Assembly (NCBI GenBank): GCA_017399265.1
Contig: JAFQDL010000009.1
Span: 130,078 to 194,077, forward strand
Origin: Clostridia bacterium
GTDB lineage: Bacteria > Bacillota > Clostridia > Christensenellales > UBA1242
Reading direction: 5' to 3'
Length of the DNA: 64,000 nt
Shown here: positions 10,415 through 21,409 of the stretch, in pieces
Numbering within the stretch: the stretch's first letter is position 1
How the letters are laid out: every line of letters starts with the position of its first letter
Made by a program: the position numbers and the translations under genes
The notes under the pieces: model-generated
Seen by the model: only the letters and a program-made list of their open reading frames with translations
Told to the model about the DNA's origin: nothing
The model's database searches: none

Positions 10415-11278
10415 TTATGTAGCCGTTATAGCATTAATTGCGTTAAGGGCTGTAATAGGTACATCTTTATTCTTTTCAAATGCATCAGCCAAATTTTCTT
10501 CTGTTAAAGGGTGAGGAAGGTTTGGGTTACCCACTTCAATAGTATATGCTGGCACTTGCAACTTCTGAGAAACCCAGTCAGAATATCCGCCCGTTGATGC
10601 AATAGTTTTAATAAGTTCATATCCAGTAACTTGGCTTAGCTGCAATCCTATATCAAAATCCCTTTGTAAATTATCTTCATTTAATACTTCAAATCCATAG
10701 TATATAACTTCACCTTTTGTGTGATAGGATATTGTTAAAGCAGGTTTAACTAATTCAGTAAATTGTATAAGTGTTAAGACTTCTTTTTCTGAATTGGGAT
10801 AGTATCCAACAAAATTTCCGGGAGCAACACAGAATACATTTTGGCTTCCACCTCCCCATAGTGCATCAAAATTTACGTTTAAATCTACCCCAAGTCCATT
10901 TGCTTTCCAAAGCCCAAAGTCAGTATTTCCATTATTTATAGCAAGTAGTATCTCTTGTAACTTAGGGCAATAAGCCTCAGTTATTCCGTCAAGAACTAGC
11001 CTAACACCATCTGGGTTTGAGCAAAGGACAAAGTATATTCCGCCTTCTATAGTTGGAGATGTATCTGATAAATATCTTGCTTGTTCTACCACCACAAGAC
11101 TTGATAAATACTCTCTTGCATGAATTGCGGCTTCAATAATAATTTGATTTCCAGAATACTCTCCATAATGGCAGTAATATATTGGTTCGCCAAATGTACT
11201 ATTGCCTAAGATTCCAAAATCCAAGTTTGGCAACCCTTTTAACGATTCAATGTTTGATTTAAACTCCTGATATGTCAT
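10415..11278 (-). CDS. M14-family zinc carboxypeptidase (gamma-D-Glu-DAP peptidase-like)
   Basis: IIIEAAIHAREY matches the M14 HxxE zinc motif, with a later HTKGE region. Start set at ATG 11278, 8 nt after GAGGT. The tracked start 11296 is TTG. Confidence 0.75.
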   Translation of the reverse strand: MTYQEFKSNIESLKGLPNLDFGILGNSTFGEPIYYCHYGEYSGNQIIIEAAIHAREYLSSLVVVEQARYLSDTSPTIEGGIYFVLCSNPDGVRLVLDGITEAYCPKLQEILLAINNGNTDFGLWKANGLGVDLNVNFDALWGGGSQNVFCVAPGNFVGYYPNSEKEVLTLIQFTELVKPALTISYHTKGEVIYYGFEVLNEDNLQRDFDIGLQLSQVTGYELIKTIASTGGYSDWVSQKLQVPAYTIEVGNPNLPHPLTEENLADAFEKNKDVPITALNAINAITAT

Positions 11279-11357
11279 ATAATTTACCTCATACAAATTT
11301 ATAATTTATATGACAATTTATTTAAAGGTGTGAAAAAACCAGCTATATAAAGCTGGT

Positions 11358-12515
11358 CTATTTCAATTTATTAAGATTTGTAAAGTAATTAGTTATATTA
11401 CATTTTGCAAGACGTTGAAGATAATTATTAGGATTTATTGCATAATTGTTATCAATAACTATTTCTGTTGCAATTGCACCCAAGAATCTACTTTCAAATT
11501 TTCCAGGTAGTTGAGATAATTGCATTAGTATTTTTTTAGCAACGTCTTCAGAGTAAGAATTTATTAAGAACAAATATATATTGGAAAAAGTCTTAGAAGA
11601 AAGTCCCGAAAGCATCATTTTAATAATTTTTGCATTAATAAATTTTAAGTTTTTAGTATACATGCTTGGGAAAATGTGCCAAGCACTAAAAGTGCTCCAG
11701 CCGTTGATTACAAAACTTGCCCCAAAGTCTATATGCCTACTTGTTGTGTCCAAAAATTGTCTGTTTACAAAATGTGCATAGCCAGGATATACATTGCTTA
11801 AATATTGCATATGTAAATCGTTTTGATCAACTTTACCATTTGGACAATTAACAGTAAATGTATTAGTTAGTTCACTTGTGATATTGCTTCTGAATTTGCC
11901 AAAGCCAAATGAATTGTTGAATTTTAAAATATAATCTATTTTGTGATCGCCACCCCAAAGGTTTAATGTGCTTGCGGATTTTTCTATCTTTTTCTGTAAT
12001 TCTTCTAAAGATGTACGCACCTCATATTCTTCAAGCAATTTTGGTTGGATATTAAACTTGTAATTTTTGGCATAATTTTTGCATTTTTTTATTACTTTAC
12101 CATAAAAAGCTCCTAGAACAGTTTTATAATAAGATTTGACCGGAGCGAATGTCTTACTTTTTAATCCTACTTCCAAAAGGAATGTCAAAAGACTCTTGTA
12201 TATAGGTTTGCAAGACATAATCTTGTCTTCATAGTAGTCTTTTAATTCTTTAGGAATGAAAAGTAAGTTCTGTAGATTACTTTTTAAGAACTTTGTAAAA
12301 TGATCAAACTCTTCTTTAGAAGTAAAAGTTTTTAAGTGATCAATAACTTGTTCCAGCGAAAAATATTTATTAAAAAAATTTATCTCGCTATTAATAATAC
12401 TGCGTTCTTTAGAAGTTAAATTATTTGCGAATTGTTTTACATCGTTTAAGCAAGATTTGTCAAATGCAATCTTATATCTCCAATCTTTAATATATAAAAC
12501 ACTCATATTTTCCAT
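11358..12515 (-). CDS. Hypothetical protein
   Basis: 385-aa ORF, 6 nt downstream of the galU stop on the same strand, so probably co-transcribed. I recognise no family. Confidence 0.5.
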   Translation of the reverse strand: MENMSVLYIKDWRYKIAFDKSCLNDVKQFANNLTSKERSIINSEINFFNKYFSLEQVIDHLKTFTSKEEFDHFTKFLKSNLQNLLFIPKELKDYYEDKIMSCKPIYKSLLTFLLEVGLKSKTFAPVKSYYKTVLGAFYGKVIKKCKNYAKNYKFNIQPKLLEEYEVRTSLEELQKKIEKSASTLNLWGGDHKIDYILKFNNSFGFGKFRSNITSELTNTFTVNCPNGKVDQNDLHMQYLSNVYPGYAHFVNRQFLDTTSRHIDFGASFVINGWSTFSAWHIFPSMYTKNLKFINAKIIKMMLSGLSSKTFSNIYLFLINSYSEDVAKKILMQLSQLPGKFESRFLGAIATEIVIDNNYAINPNNYLQRLAKCNITNYFTNLNKLK

Positions 12516-12521
12516 TTTTCC

Positions 12522-13385
12522 TTATTTTAAATCTAAATTTTTAATATATTCAACGATTTCTTCTTTTATGTCTTCGTTCTTTAACGCCATATATATATTG
12601 GAAGTTATAAAACTTTTTTTATTTCCAAGGTCAAGTTTGTGGAAATTGTCTAGCATTTTGCCATATAAGAAACCATCATGTATAGCTAAGCAATATGCGT
12701 CTGTTATACCTACTTCTAGATTGACTTCAGGACACTTGTCTATATAATCGAATATTCTTCCATCAAGAACAGCGGGACCTGCATTTGCAATATTGCTTGG
12801 TGCCTTTTCAATGCTAGGTTTTTCCACAAATTCTTCAATTTTATAATAACTATCATTAGTTTCTCTCTTTACTATTCCATATAGAGGGATATCTTTTTCA
12901 GCTACCTCAACAGTACTAATTACAAAATCCCCATGTTTTTCATATTCATGAATTAGTTCTTTGAATACATTGCTACTATCTGAATAGAATGTCTCATCGC
13001 CAAAACACATCACAAATGGTTCGTTATTAACCCAATCTTTGGCCATGTTGATTGCATGACCTGTGCCTTTTGGAACTATTTGACGTTTGAAATAAATATT
13101 GGCTAAATTTTCAGTTCTTTTAATAGTTTCTAATGCTTGAGTTTTGTTAGTAGCCTTAAGCCTTTCTTCTAGTTCTATATTTCTATCAAAATGGTTAACT
13201 ATACACTCTTTGTTCCTGCCAAGGATAATCATTATATCAGTAATTCCAGCCTCAGATAATTGCTCTACAATTACTTGAATTAGTGGTTTGTCGATCAATG
13301 GCAACATTTCCTTTGGAATGCTTTTGCAAAAAGGTAAAAATCTAGTGGCTAGTCCACCACAAAGTACAACTGCTTTTTTAATCAT
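12522..13385 (-). CDS. galU: UTP--glucose-1-phosphate uridylyltransferase
   Basis: 287 aa. KAVVLCGGLATRFLPFCKSIPKEMLPLIDKPLIQ matches the GalU N-terminal nucleotide-binding signature. Confidence 0.9.
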   Translation of the reverse strand: MIKKAVVLCGGLATRFLPFCKSIPKEMLPLIDKPLIQVIVEQLSEAGITDIMIILGRNKECIVNHFDRNIELEERLKATNKTQALETIKRTENLANIYFKRQIVPKGTGHAINMAKDWVNNEPFVMCFGDETFYSDSSNVFKELIHEYEKHGDFVISTVEVAEKDIPLYGIVKRETNDSYYKIEEFVEKPSIEKAPSNIANAGPAVLDGRIFDYIDKCPEVNLEVGITDAYCLAIHDGFLYGKMLDNFHKLDLGNKKSFITSNIYMALKNEDIKEEIVEYIKNLDLK

Positions 13386-13551
13386 AAAATATTACTCCTT
13401 ATACAATTAAACTATATTCGAAAGTTACATTTTTTGCAACTTATTTTAACAAAGTAAAATTTTTTGATGCAAATAAATGTATCAAAAATATTTGTATCAA
13501 GTTTTATTTTATGCTAAAATCTTAAATAGTAAAAAAGGAGAATTAAAAATT

Positions 13552-14091
13552 ATGAAATTTGAAGAAAGCAAATCATATAAAAATTTACAAGAAGCATTTG
13601 CTGGTGAAAGCCAAGCAAGAAATAAATATACATATTTTGCATCAAAGGCAAAAAAAGAAGGATTTGAGCAAATTGCTGCATTCTTTGAAGAAACTGCAAA
13701 CAACGAAAAAGAACATGCAAAATTGTGGTTCAAACTTCTATGCGGTGGGGATATCCCTACAACTGAAGAAAATCTTCTTGCTGCAGCGGAAGGCGAGAAT
13801 GGTGAATGGACAGACATGTATGACAGAATGGCAAGAGAAGCCGAAGAAGAAGGTTATACAAATTTAGCATTCAAGTTCAGAGAAGTAGCTAAGATAGAGA
13901 GAGAACACGAACAAAGGTACAGAAGACTTCTTGCCAATATTAAAGAAGAAAGAGTATTTAATAGTGACAATGACGAACTTTGGATTTGTAGAAATTGTGG
14001 ACATATTCATGTTGGGAAATCTGCACCTAAAGCTTGCCCAGTATGTGCTCATCCACAAAGTTATTTCGAAAGAAAATCAAATAACTATTAA
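13552..14091 (+). CDS. rbr: Rubrerythrin
   Basis: Ferritin-like ExxH pairs ([17 protein letters not shown]). C-terminal rubredoxin CRNCG...CPVC. Start set at the ATG after AAAGGAG (13552). Confidence 0.9.
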   Translation: MKFEESKSYKNLQEAFAGESQARNKYTYFASKAKKEGFEQIAAFFEETANNEKEHAKLWFKLLCGGDIPTTEENLLAAAEGENGEWTDMYDRMAREAEEEGYTNLAFKFREVAKIEREHEQRYRRLLANIKEERVFNSDNDELWICRNCGHIHVGKSAPKACPVCAHPQSYFERKSNNY

Positions 14092-14102
14092 AATTATAAA
14101 AG

Positions 14103-14132
14103 CATTAATACATAAAGTATTAATGTTTTTTT
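14103..14132 (+). terminator. Intrinsic terminator of rbr
   Basis: cattaatac / gtattaatg 9-bp stem plus T7. Confidence 0.8.
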
Positions 14133-14135
14133 CAT

Positions 14136-14164
14136 TTGACAAATAATTAAGCATATGATATATA
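14136..14164 (+). promoter_or_regulatory. Putative promoter of ABC exporter pair
   Basis: TTGACA, 17 nt, TATATA. Confidence 0.45.
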
Positions 14165-14250
14165 AGAAATGAATTAATATTATTAAGTAAGATAAGAGTA
14201 AAATCTTGTTAGATTTTTCTCTTTTTTATCGAAATATTATAGAGGTGTAT

Positions 14251-16014
14251 ATGATAAAAAAATTAGCCAAAAGTATTAGACAATACAAGAAACAAACAAT
14301 ACTAACACCTATTTCTGTTGCTATAGAAGTAGTATTAGAAGTTCTTATTCCATTTATCCTTGCCAATCTTCTTAATTATCTAGACGCTGTAAATGCTGGA
14401 ACTTCTACCGCAGATATGGGAGTTATACTTAAATATGGAGGACTGCTTATACTTTTTGCATTAGTATCTTTATTCTTCGGTGCTTTTTCTGGAGTTTGTG
14501 CTGCTCGGGCTTCCACGGGTTTTGCAAGAAATCTTAGGTCTGATATGTATAAGAAAATACAAAAATTTTCTTTTTCAAATATAGACAAGTTTTCCACATC
14601 AAGTTTGGTAACAAGAATGACGTACGATGTTAATTTTACTCAAAATGCCTTCCAAATGCTTATTAGAATTGCTGTTCGTGCACCAATGATGTTGGTATTC
14701 TCGCTTATTATGGCATTTGTGATTAGCCCGAATATTGCATGGATATTCTTAATTGCAATACCAGTACTTCTTGGTGGCTTGCTATTTATTATGTTCAAGG
14801 TCAAACCTATCTTTTACAAAGTATTTAAAAAGTTTGATAAATTGAATGAGGTGGTTCAAGAAAATGTACGAGGTATAAGAGTTGTAAAAGCATATGTAAG
14901 AGAAGAGTATGAGAAAGAAAAATTCAAAGATGTAAATGAAGATATATATAAAAATATCACAAAAGCACAAAAAATAACCGCTTACAATGGACCATTAATG
15001 CAATTGTGCTTATATACATGTGTTGTATTAATTTGTTTAGTTGGAAGCAAGCTAATCGTAGGTAGTAATTCTACCCTTCTTCAAATAGGTCAACTTTCCA
15101 CACTTATCACGTATGCAATACAAATACTTAGTAGCCTTATGATGTTGTCAATGGTGTTTGTAATGATAACTATGTCGAGAGAAAGTGCAAGAAGAATAGT
15201 AGAAGTATTAGATGAAGAACCCGATATAGTATCTCCAGAAAATGCTATCACAGAAATCAAAGATGGTAGTATTGAATTTATAGATGTTAATTTCAGTTAT
15301 GCCAAAGATATTAACAAATTGTGTTTAAGTAATGTTGATTTGAAAATAGAGTCGGGGCAAACAATAGGAATAATTGGTGGTACAGGTAGTTCTAAATCCA
15401 CTTTAGTGCAATTAATTCCAAGGCTGTATGATGCCACATTTGGAGAAGTTAAAGTAGGTGGAGTGAATGTAAAAGACTACAATCTAGATGTATTGCGTAA
15501 TCAAGTAGCATTTGTGTTGCAGAAGAATGAATTATTTAGTGGTACTATTAAAGACAATCTTCGATGGGGAAATGAAAATGCGACAGATGAAGAGATTGTT
15601 GAAGCATGTAAATTAGCGCAAGCCCATGAATTTATAGAAAGTTTTCCAGACAAATACGATACTAGGATTGAACAAGGCGGAACTAATGTTTCTGGCGGAC
15701 AAAAACAGAGGCTTTGTATAGCTAGGGCATTGTTAAAGAAACCTAAAATAATTATTTTTGATGATAGTACAAGCGCCGTTGATACAAAAACGGATAGTTT
15801 AATTAGAAAAGGTATGGCTGAAGCAATTCCGGGAACTACAAAAATTATTATTGCTCAAAGGATTGCCTCCGTTAAAGATGCGGACAATATAATCGTACTT
15901 GATGGCGGAAAAATAGTGGCACAAGGCAAGCATAAAAAGCTCTTAGATACATGTGAAATATATCAAGAGGTATACTACTCTCAAATAAAAGGGGGTAAGA
16001 ACAATGGAAAATAA
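14251..16014 (+). CDS. ABC exporter, fused permease/ATPase (heterodimer partner 1)
   Basis: 6-TM N-terminus. Walker A GGTGSSKST, signature VSGGQKQRLCIARA, Walker B IIIFDDSTSAVD. Start at ATG 14251 after GAGG. Confidence 0.9.
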   Translation: MIKKLAKSIRQYKKQTILTPISVAIEVVLEVLIPFILANLLNYLDAVNAGTSTADMGVILKYGGLLILFALVSLFFGAFSGVCAARASTGFARNLRSDMYKKIQKFSFSNIDKFSTSSLVTRMTYDVNFTQNAFQMLIRIAVRAPMMLVFSLIMAFVISPNIAWIFLIAIPVLLGGLLFIMFKVKPIFYKVFKKFDKLNEVVQENVRGIRVVKAYVREEYEKEKFKDVNEDIYKNITKAQKITAYNGPLMQLCLYTCVVLICLVGSKLIVGSNSTLLQIGQLSTLITYAIQILSSLMMLSMVFVMITMSRESARRIVEVLDEEPDIVSPENAITEIKDGSIEFIDVNFSYAKDINKLCLSNVDLKIESGQTIGIIGGTGSSKSTLVQLIPRLYDATFGEVKVGGVNVKDYNLDVLRNQVAFVLQKNELFSGTIKDNLRWGNENATDEEIVEACKLAQAHEFIESFPDKYDTRIEQGGTNVSGGQKQRLCIARALLKKPKIIIFDDSTSAVDTKTDSLIRKGMAEAIPGTTKIIIAQRIASVKDADNIIVLDGGKIVAQGKHKKLLDTCEIYQEVYYSQIKGGKNNGK

Positions 16015-17917
16015 ACATAAAGCAACTAATATAAAGAAAACATTGTCTAGATTAATGCAAAGAATTTTCTTGCCACACAAAGCAAAATGGGTAGTTGTTG
16101 TGATTTGCATAATTATTAGTGCACTAGCCGGTGTTGGTAGTTCATTATTTTTAAAATATTTAATAAACGATTGTGTTACACCATTATTAGAAACTGTAAA
16201 CTTAGGGTTAGAGCCTAGCTATACAAAACTGATTGTTTCCGTATTATTTATAGCAGGAGTCTTGTTGTTAGGCACTATAGCATCATTTATATACAATAGG
16301 ATAATGATCCTTATTGCTCAAGGTACATTGAGGAATATAAGAGAAGAAATGTTTGGCAAAATGCAAAAACTACCTATTAAATATTTTGACTCTCATACAC
16401 ACGGCGAAATAATGAGCTATTATACAAATGATGCGGATACTTTAGAGCAAATGATAGCACAAACTTTACCTAATGCACTATTTTCTATTTTCCAAATAGT
16501 ATTTTCATTTATTTCTATGCTAAGTGTAAGTATATATTTAACTTTAATAGTTATTGGTGTTTTAGTGCTTATGATGTTTGTAGTTAAATTTGTTGGAGGA
16601 AAGAGTAGAAAACACTTTGTTATAAAACAAAACAGTTTAGCAAAAGTAAACGGATTTATTGAAGAAATGGTCAGTGGTCAAAAGGTTGTAAAAGTTTTTT
16701 GCCATGAAGATAAAGCTCAAACAGGGTTTGATGCAATAAATGACGAAATGACAAAACACTCATGTATCGCAACAGAGTATGCAAATATGTTTATGCCGAT
16801 CATGGGGAATATTGGATATTTACAATATGTTTTAATTGCTATAATAGGTGGCGCTTGTGCTATATTTGGATTGCCAAATCTATCATTGACTGGATTTAGC
16901 TTATTTAATATAGGTGTCATAAGCTCATTCTTGTTGTTAAGCAAATCTTTTACTCAGCCAGTTACTCAAGTCTCTAGTCAAATAAACAATATAGTTATTG
17001 CTTTAGCAGGTGCAGAAAGAATATTTGACTTTATGGAAGAAGAACCAGAAGTAGATGATGGATATGTCACTCTTGTGAACATGAAAGAAGATGAAAACGG
17101 GGAATTGGTAGAGACTGATGAACATACTCATATATGGGCGTGGAAACATCCTCACAAAGATGGTAAAGTGACTTATACCGAAATGAGAGGCGATGTAGTG
17201 TTTGAAGATGTGGACTTTGGTTATGTGCCAGAAAAAATAGTACTACATGATGTTTCTGTGTATGCAAAACCAGGTCAACAAATTGCGTTTGTGGGTTCAA
17301 CCGGTGCAGGCAAAACTACAATAACTAATCTGCTTAACAGGTTTTATGATATAGCAGATGGTAAGATTAGATATGACGGAATTAATATTAATAAAATAAA
17401 GAAGAATGACTTAAGACGTGCTATTGGAATGGTGCTACAAGAGACAAATTTATTCACAGGCACTGTTAAAGATAATATTAGGTATGGCAGATTAGATGCT
17501 ACTGATGAAGATATTTATAAGGCTGCAAAGTTGGCAAACGCAGATGATTTTATCCAAAGATTACCGGAGAAATACGATACAATGTTAACTGGAGATGGGG
17601 CAAATTTGTCTCAAGGACAAAGGCAGTTACTTGCAATTGCTCGTGCAGCCGTAGCAGACACTCCAGTTATGATTATGGACGAGGCTACGTCTAGCATAGA
17701 TACGAGAACGGAGAAACTTGTTCAAAAGGGTACGGCACTATTGATGGAGGGTAGAACTGTATTTGTGATTGCGCACAGGTTATCCACAATTCAGGACGCA
17801 GATGTAATAATGGTGCTAGAAAAAGGTGTTGTAATAGAAAAGGGAAATCACGAAAAACTAATCTCTCAAAAAGGCAAATATTATCAGTTGTATACTGGGA
17901 AATTCGAACTTGACTAG
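16004..17917 (+). CDS. ABC exporter, fused permease/ATPase (heterodimer partner 2)
   Basis: Overlaps the upstream partner by 11 nt. Has GSTGAGKTT, LSQGQRQLLAIARA and IMDEATSSID. Confidence 0.9.
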   Translation: MENKHKATNIKKTLSRLMQRIFLPHKAKWVVVVICIIISALAGVGSSLFLKYLINDCVTPLLETVNLGLEPSYTKLIVSVLFIAGVLLLGTIASFIYNRIMILIAQGTLRNIREEMFGKMQKLPIKYFDSHTHGEIMSYYTNDADTLEQMIAQTLPNALFSIFQIVFSFISMLSVSIYLTLIVIGVLVLMMFVVKFVGGKSRKHFVIKQNSLAKVNGFIEEMVSGQKVVKVFCHEDKAQTGFDAINDEMTKHSCIATEYANMFMPIMGNIGYLQYVLIAIIGGACAIFGLPNLSLTGFSLFNIGVISSFLLLSKSFTQPVTQVSSQINNIVIALAGAERIFDFMEEEPEVDDGYVTLVNMKEDENGELVETDEHTHIWAWKHPHKDGKVTYTEMRGDVVFEDVDFGYVPEKIVLHDVSVYAKPGQQIAFVGSTGAGKTTITNLLNRFYDIADGKIRYDGININKIKKNDLRRAIGMVLQETNLFTGTVKDNIRYGRLDATDEDIYKAAKLANADDFIQRLPEKYDTMLTGDGANLSQGQRQLLAIARAAVADTPVMIMDEATSSIDTRTEKLVQKGTALLMEGRTVFVIAHRLSTIQDADVIMVLEKGVVIEKGNHEKLISQKGKYYQLYTGKFELD

Positions 17918-17995
17918 TTTCTTCTATATTTTATTTGTAAAAAATGCAAAATTGTGGTATCATATTTGAAATTAATTTTTTAAAGAGGTTAAAAA

Positions 17996-18667
17996 ATGGG
18001 AAGTTTTGTAACGAATGGAATGAGAGAAGCTACAGATTATTGTAGTGCCAGAGTTAATGGATATTCTATTAATGATTTTGTAAAAGATGATAAAAATTAT
18101 AAATTTTATAAAAAAGTTCTACAAGCCGGTGGAGAATTAAATGGTTTGTTACCAGCAATGCAATCACAAATACCTGACAGATCATATGGTACACATCCAT
18201 TAGTACAAGTTGATGGCTGGGCTCAAAGTCCATATCTAAAAAATTGGTGTTCTGGAATAGAAAGTATAGATTTACAGCCAAATGAAGTGCCTTATGTTAT
18301 GTGTATGATAGATGCTATCGGGACAATGGATTTTACAGCATTCGCTGAGCATAGTGACTCTCCAGAGTTTACAGAGCATACAAAGGATTTTTTCTATGCG
18401 GTTGCTGGATTGCCTAAAGAATTTTTTGGAGTGGGGGACGCAAAAAATGTAGAAGTTGCAACGGGTGTAATTTCAAAAGTTCTACCATACATGATGAAAT
18501 GCTCTTATACTGCAAATATGCCAGAAACAGATAAAGAAACATATAAAGTTCTATGTGACGATTTTATGAATGATTTTAAAAAGGGTTTTGAAGAAATGAA
18601 ATCAGTAATGCACAATTCACATCAAGCCTTTGAGGCAGAGCATGGAACAGATGTGTTTCAAATGTAA
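17996..18667 (+). CDS. Hypothetical protein
   Basis: 223-aa ORF with an AGAGG SD and its own terminator. I recognise no family. Confidence 0.5.
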   Translation: MGSFVTNGMREATDYCSARVNGYSINDFVKDDKNYKFYKKVLQAGGELNGLLPAMQSQIPDRSYGTHPLVQVDGWAQSPYLKNWCSGIESIDLQPNEVPYVMCMIDAIGTMDFTAFAEHSDSPEFTEHTKDFFYAVAGLPKEFFGVGDAKNVEVATGVISKVLPYMMKCSYTANMPETDKETYKVLCDDFMNDFKKGFEEMKSVMHNSHQAFEAEHGTDVFQM

Positions 18668-18684
18668 TAATTAACAATTAAAAA

Positions 18685-18717
18685 AAGTCTTAAAAGTATA
18701 TCTTTAAGACTTTTTTT
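18685..18717 (+). terminator. Intrinsic terminator
   Basis: aagtcttaaa / tttaagactt 10-bp stem plus T-run. Confidence 0.75.
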
Positions 18718-18804
18718 ATATTTATATTCCAAACTTTCGACAGTTGTTTGTTAAATAATTATAAATAGGTTAAAATATAATTATAAATTTCTAAAGGATA
18801 AGAT

Positions 18805-21345
18805 ATGAAAAAATTTGTAATAATAGATGGTAATAATATTTGCTTTAGGTCGTATTATGCATTACCCCTTCTTGCCAATTTTGAAGGTGTAGTGAGCAAT
18901 GCGGTTTTTGGTTTTGCAAACACCTTAATTAAAATTATAGAAACAGAAAACCCCGATTATATTGCTGTTGCTTTTGATAAAGGAAAAAAGACATTTAGAC
19001 ATCAGCTGTATAAAGATTATAAAGCAAAAAGACGTCCAACGCCGCCAGATTTGATAGCGCAAATTCCTCTTTTAAAAGAAATGTTAAAAACCATGAATAT
19101 TAAATATTTGGAGTTTGATGATATCGAGGCTGATGACATAATTGGAGTACTATCCAGACGATTTGAGACAGAGAATATTGTCGTGTCGGCAGATAAAGAT
19201 GTTTTGCAATTGATTAATCGCAATACTATAGTTTATGCTCCTCAAAAAGGCAGTGATTCCGTTGTGTATAACGAAGAGAAACTGCAGGAAGTATTTGGCA
19301 TAAGCCCAAAGCAGATAATTGATCTAAAAGCTATTATGGGTGACTCTTCGGATAATATTCCAGGTGTAAGTGGTATAGGTGAGAAAGGAGCTTTGACATT
19401 GCTTCAGAATTATACTGATTTAGATGGCGTATATGCGAATATAGAGAATATAAAAGGTAAAACTCAAGAAAAATTATTAAACGATAAAGAGTCTGCATAT
19501 TTTTCTAAAGAATTAGCCACCATCATAACTGAGCATAACTTTAAAGCATCATTAGAAGATTTTACGTATTCTTACCCATTTGGTCAAGAGACGTTAGAGT
19601 TTTTTAAAAGATATCAATTTAATTCACTTCTTAGAAAAGAAGAGATATTCTTAAACTCCACAACAAAAGAAATAGTACAAGATGTAGATATTAATGTTGT
19701 TAATGTAGAGTCGATAAAATATTTTTCTTTTAAATCGGTCAAAGAGTTAAATGAAATATCTATGTATCTAGATGATAATGTTTTTAGTTGTTGGGACGGA
19801 GACACAGAATATAATTTTAATCTTAAGCCAGATTTAATTAATCCAACATTTACATTAGAAGAAGTTATAGACATATTTAAAGACGTTATAGAATCTAAAG
19901 ATGTCGCAAAAAATTTCTTTGATGCAAAAGATTTTATGCATAGAGTGTCAAGTTGTGATGTAAAAGTAGGAAGGGTGGATTTTGATTGTGTAGTTGCAAA
20001 ATATTTAATTAACGCAAATATGAAAGTTGGAGACTTAGAAAGCAACATTGATGCAATGCGTGTCAACTCAAATACTTTTGCTTATGCAGTATATGCAATA
20101 AAAGAAAAGCTTGTGGAAAAGTTAAAAGAATTAGAGTTGTCTGAATTATATAATCAAGTAGAGTTGCCGTTGGTGCCGATATTATACAGCATGGAAGAGG
20201 CTGGAGTAAAAGTAGATAGCGAAGAATTGGACAGATTAGATAAAAAATATTTGTCAGAATTAGAAACTCTTACAAATGAGATTTATCAGATGGCGGGGAC
20301 CAATTTTAACATAAATAGTCCAAAACAATTAGCAGAAGTGTTATTTGGCAAATTGGGATTGAAGGCTAAGTCTAAGAAAGAGAGCACCAATCAAAATGTT
20401 TTGCATGAGTTGATTGGTCAGCACCCTATTGTGTCTAAGATACTAGAGTATAGACAATACTACAAGTTACACTCGACATATATTAGAGCATATATTGATT
20501 TTAAAGACGAGAATGACAAAGTTCATACCATATTTAACCAGACGCAAACTGCAACTGGCAGATTATCTAGTGTCGAGCCAAATCTACAAAACATACCTGC
20601 CAGATCAAACGAAGGCAAGTCTTTGAGAAAAATATTTATTCCAAGCACTCCAGATGGGACATTAATTAGCGCCGATTATTCTCAGATAGAATTGAGACTA
20701 CTTGCTCATTTTTGTGAAGATGAAAGGCTTATAAATACGTTTAACAATGACGAAGATATACACGCACTGACTGCTAGTGAGATTTTTGGTATCCCTATGC
20801 AAATGGTAAGTGATGATATGAGACGAAGTGCAAAGGCCATTAATTTTGGTATAATTTATGGAATTTCTGACTGGGGCTTGAGTCAAAATATTGGCATTAC
20901 AAAGTTGGAAGCAGGGAATTATATAAAATTATATTTTGAAAAGTATCCAAAGATTGAAAAATATATGAGAGAGAATGTGGAGTTTGCGAAAGAGAATGGA
21001 TATATTAGGACTCTACTTAAGAGAATTAGATACATTCCAGAACTAAAAGGTCCCAAAATTAAACAACTTTTTGGGGAAAGAGTTGCAATGAATATGCCTT
21101 TACAGGGCACAGCTGCTGATATTATAAAATTAGCAATGGTTAAAGTATACAACACATTCAAGAAAGAAAATTTAAAAAGCAAATTGATACTTCAGATACA
21201 CGACGAATTGGTGGTTGATGCGGTATTAGGAGAAGAAGAAAAAGTGATAGGTATACTTAAATCGTGCATGGAAAACGTAGTAGATCTGAAGGTTAAGCTA
21301 CTAGTTAATGTCGCTGCAGGCCAGAATTTAAGTGAAGCTAAATAA
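18805..21345 (+). CDS. polA: DNA polymerase I
   Basis: 846 aa. 5'-nuclease N-terminus (DGNN..FRSYYA, GDSSDNIPGV). Family-A polymerase motifs (DYSQIELRLLAH, KAINFGIIYG, QIHDELV). Confidence 0.95.
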   Translation: MKKFVIIDGNNICFRSYYALPLLANFEGVVSNAVFGFANTLIKIIETENPDYIAVAFDKGKKTFRHQLYKDYKAKRRPTPPDLIAQIPLLKEMLKTMNIKYLEFDDIEADDIIGVLSRRFETENIVVSADKDVLQLINRNTIVYAPQKGSDSVVYNEEKLQEVFGISPKQIIDLKAIMGDSSDNIPGVSGIGEKGALTLLQNYTDLDGVYANIENIKGKTQEKLLNDKESAYFSKELATIITEHNFKASLEDFTYSYPFGQETLEFFKRYQFNSLLRKEEIFLNSTTKEIVQDVDINVVNVESIKYFSFKSVKELNEISMYLDDNVFSCWDGDTEYNFNLKPDLINPTFTLEEVIDIFKDVIESKDVAKNFFDAKDFMHRVSSCDVKVGRVDFDCVVAKYLINANMKVGDLESNIDAMRVNSNTFAYAVYAIKEKLVEKLKELELSELYNQVELPLVPILYSMEEAGVKVDSEELDRLDKKYLSELETLTNEIYQMAGTNFNINSPKQLAEVLFGKLGLKAKSKKESTNQNVLHELIGQHPIVSKILEYRQYYKLHSTYIRAYIDFKDENDKVHTIFNQTQTATGRLSSVEPNLQNIPARSNEGKSLRKIFIPSTPDGTLISADYSQIELRLLAHFCEDERLINTFNNDEDIHALTASEIFGIPMQMVSDDMRRSAKAINFGIIYGISDWGLSQNIGITKLEAGNYIKLYFEKYPKIEKYMRENVEFAKENGYIRTLLKRIRYIPELKGPKIKQLFGERVAMNMPLQGTAADIIKLAMVKVYNTFKKENLKSKLILQIHDELVVDAVLGEEEKVIGILKSCMENVVDLKVKLLVNVAAGQNLSEAK

Positions 21346-21409
21346 AAAAAGACTAACAGTCTTTGAAGTGAGCCCTAGGGGGCTTGCTTTTTTTGTTTGC
21401 TAGTTCTTT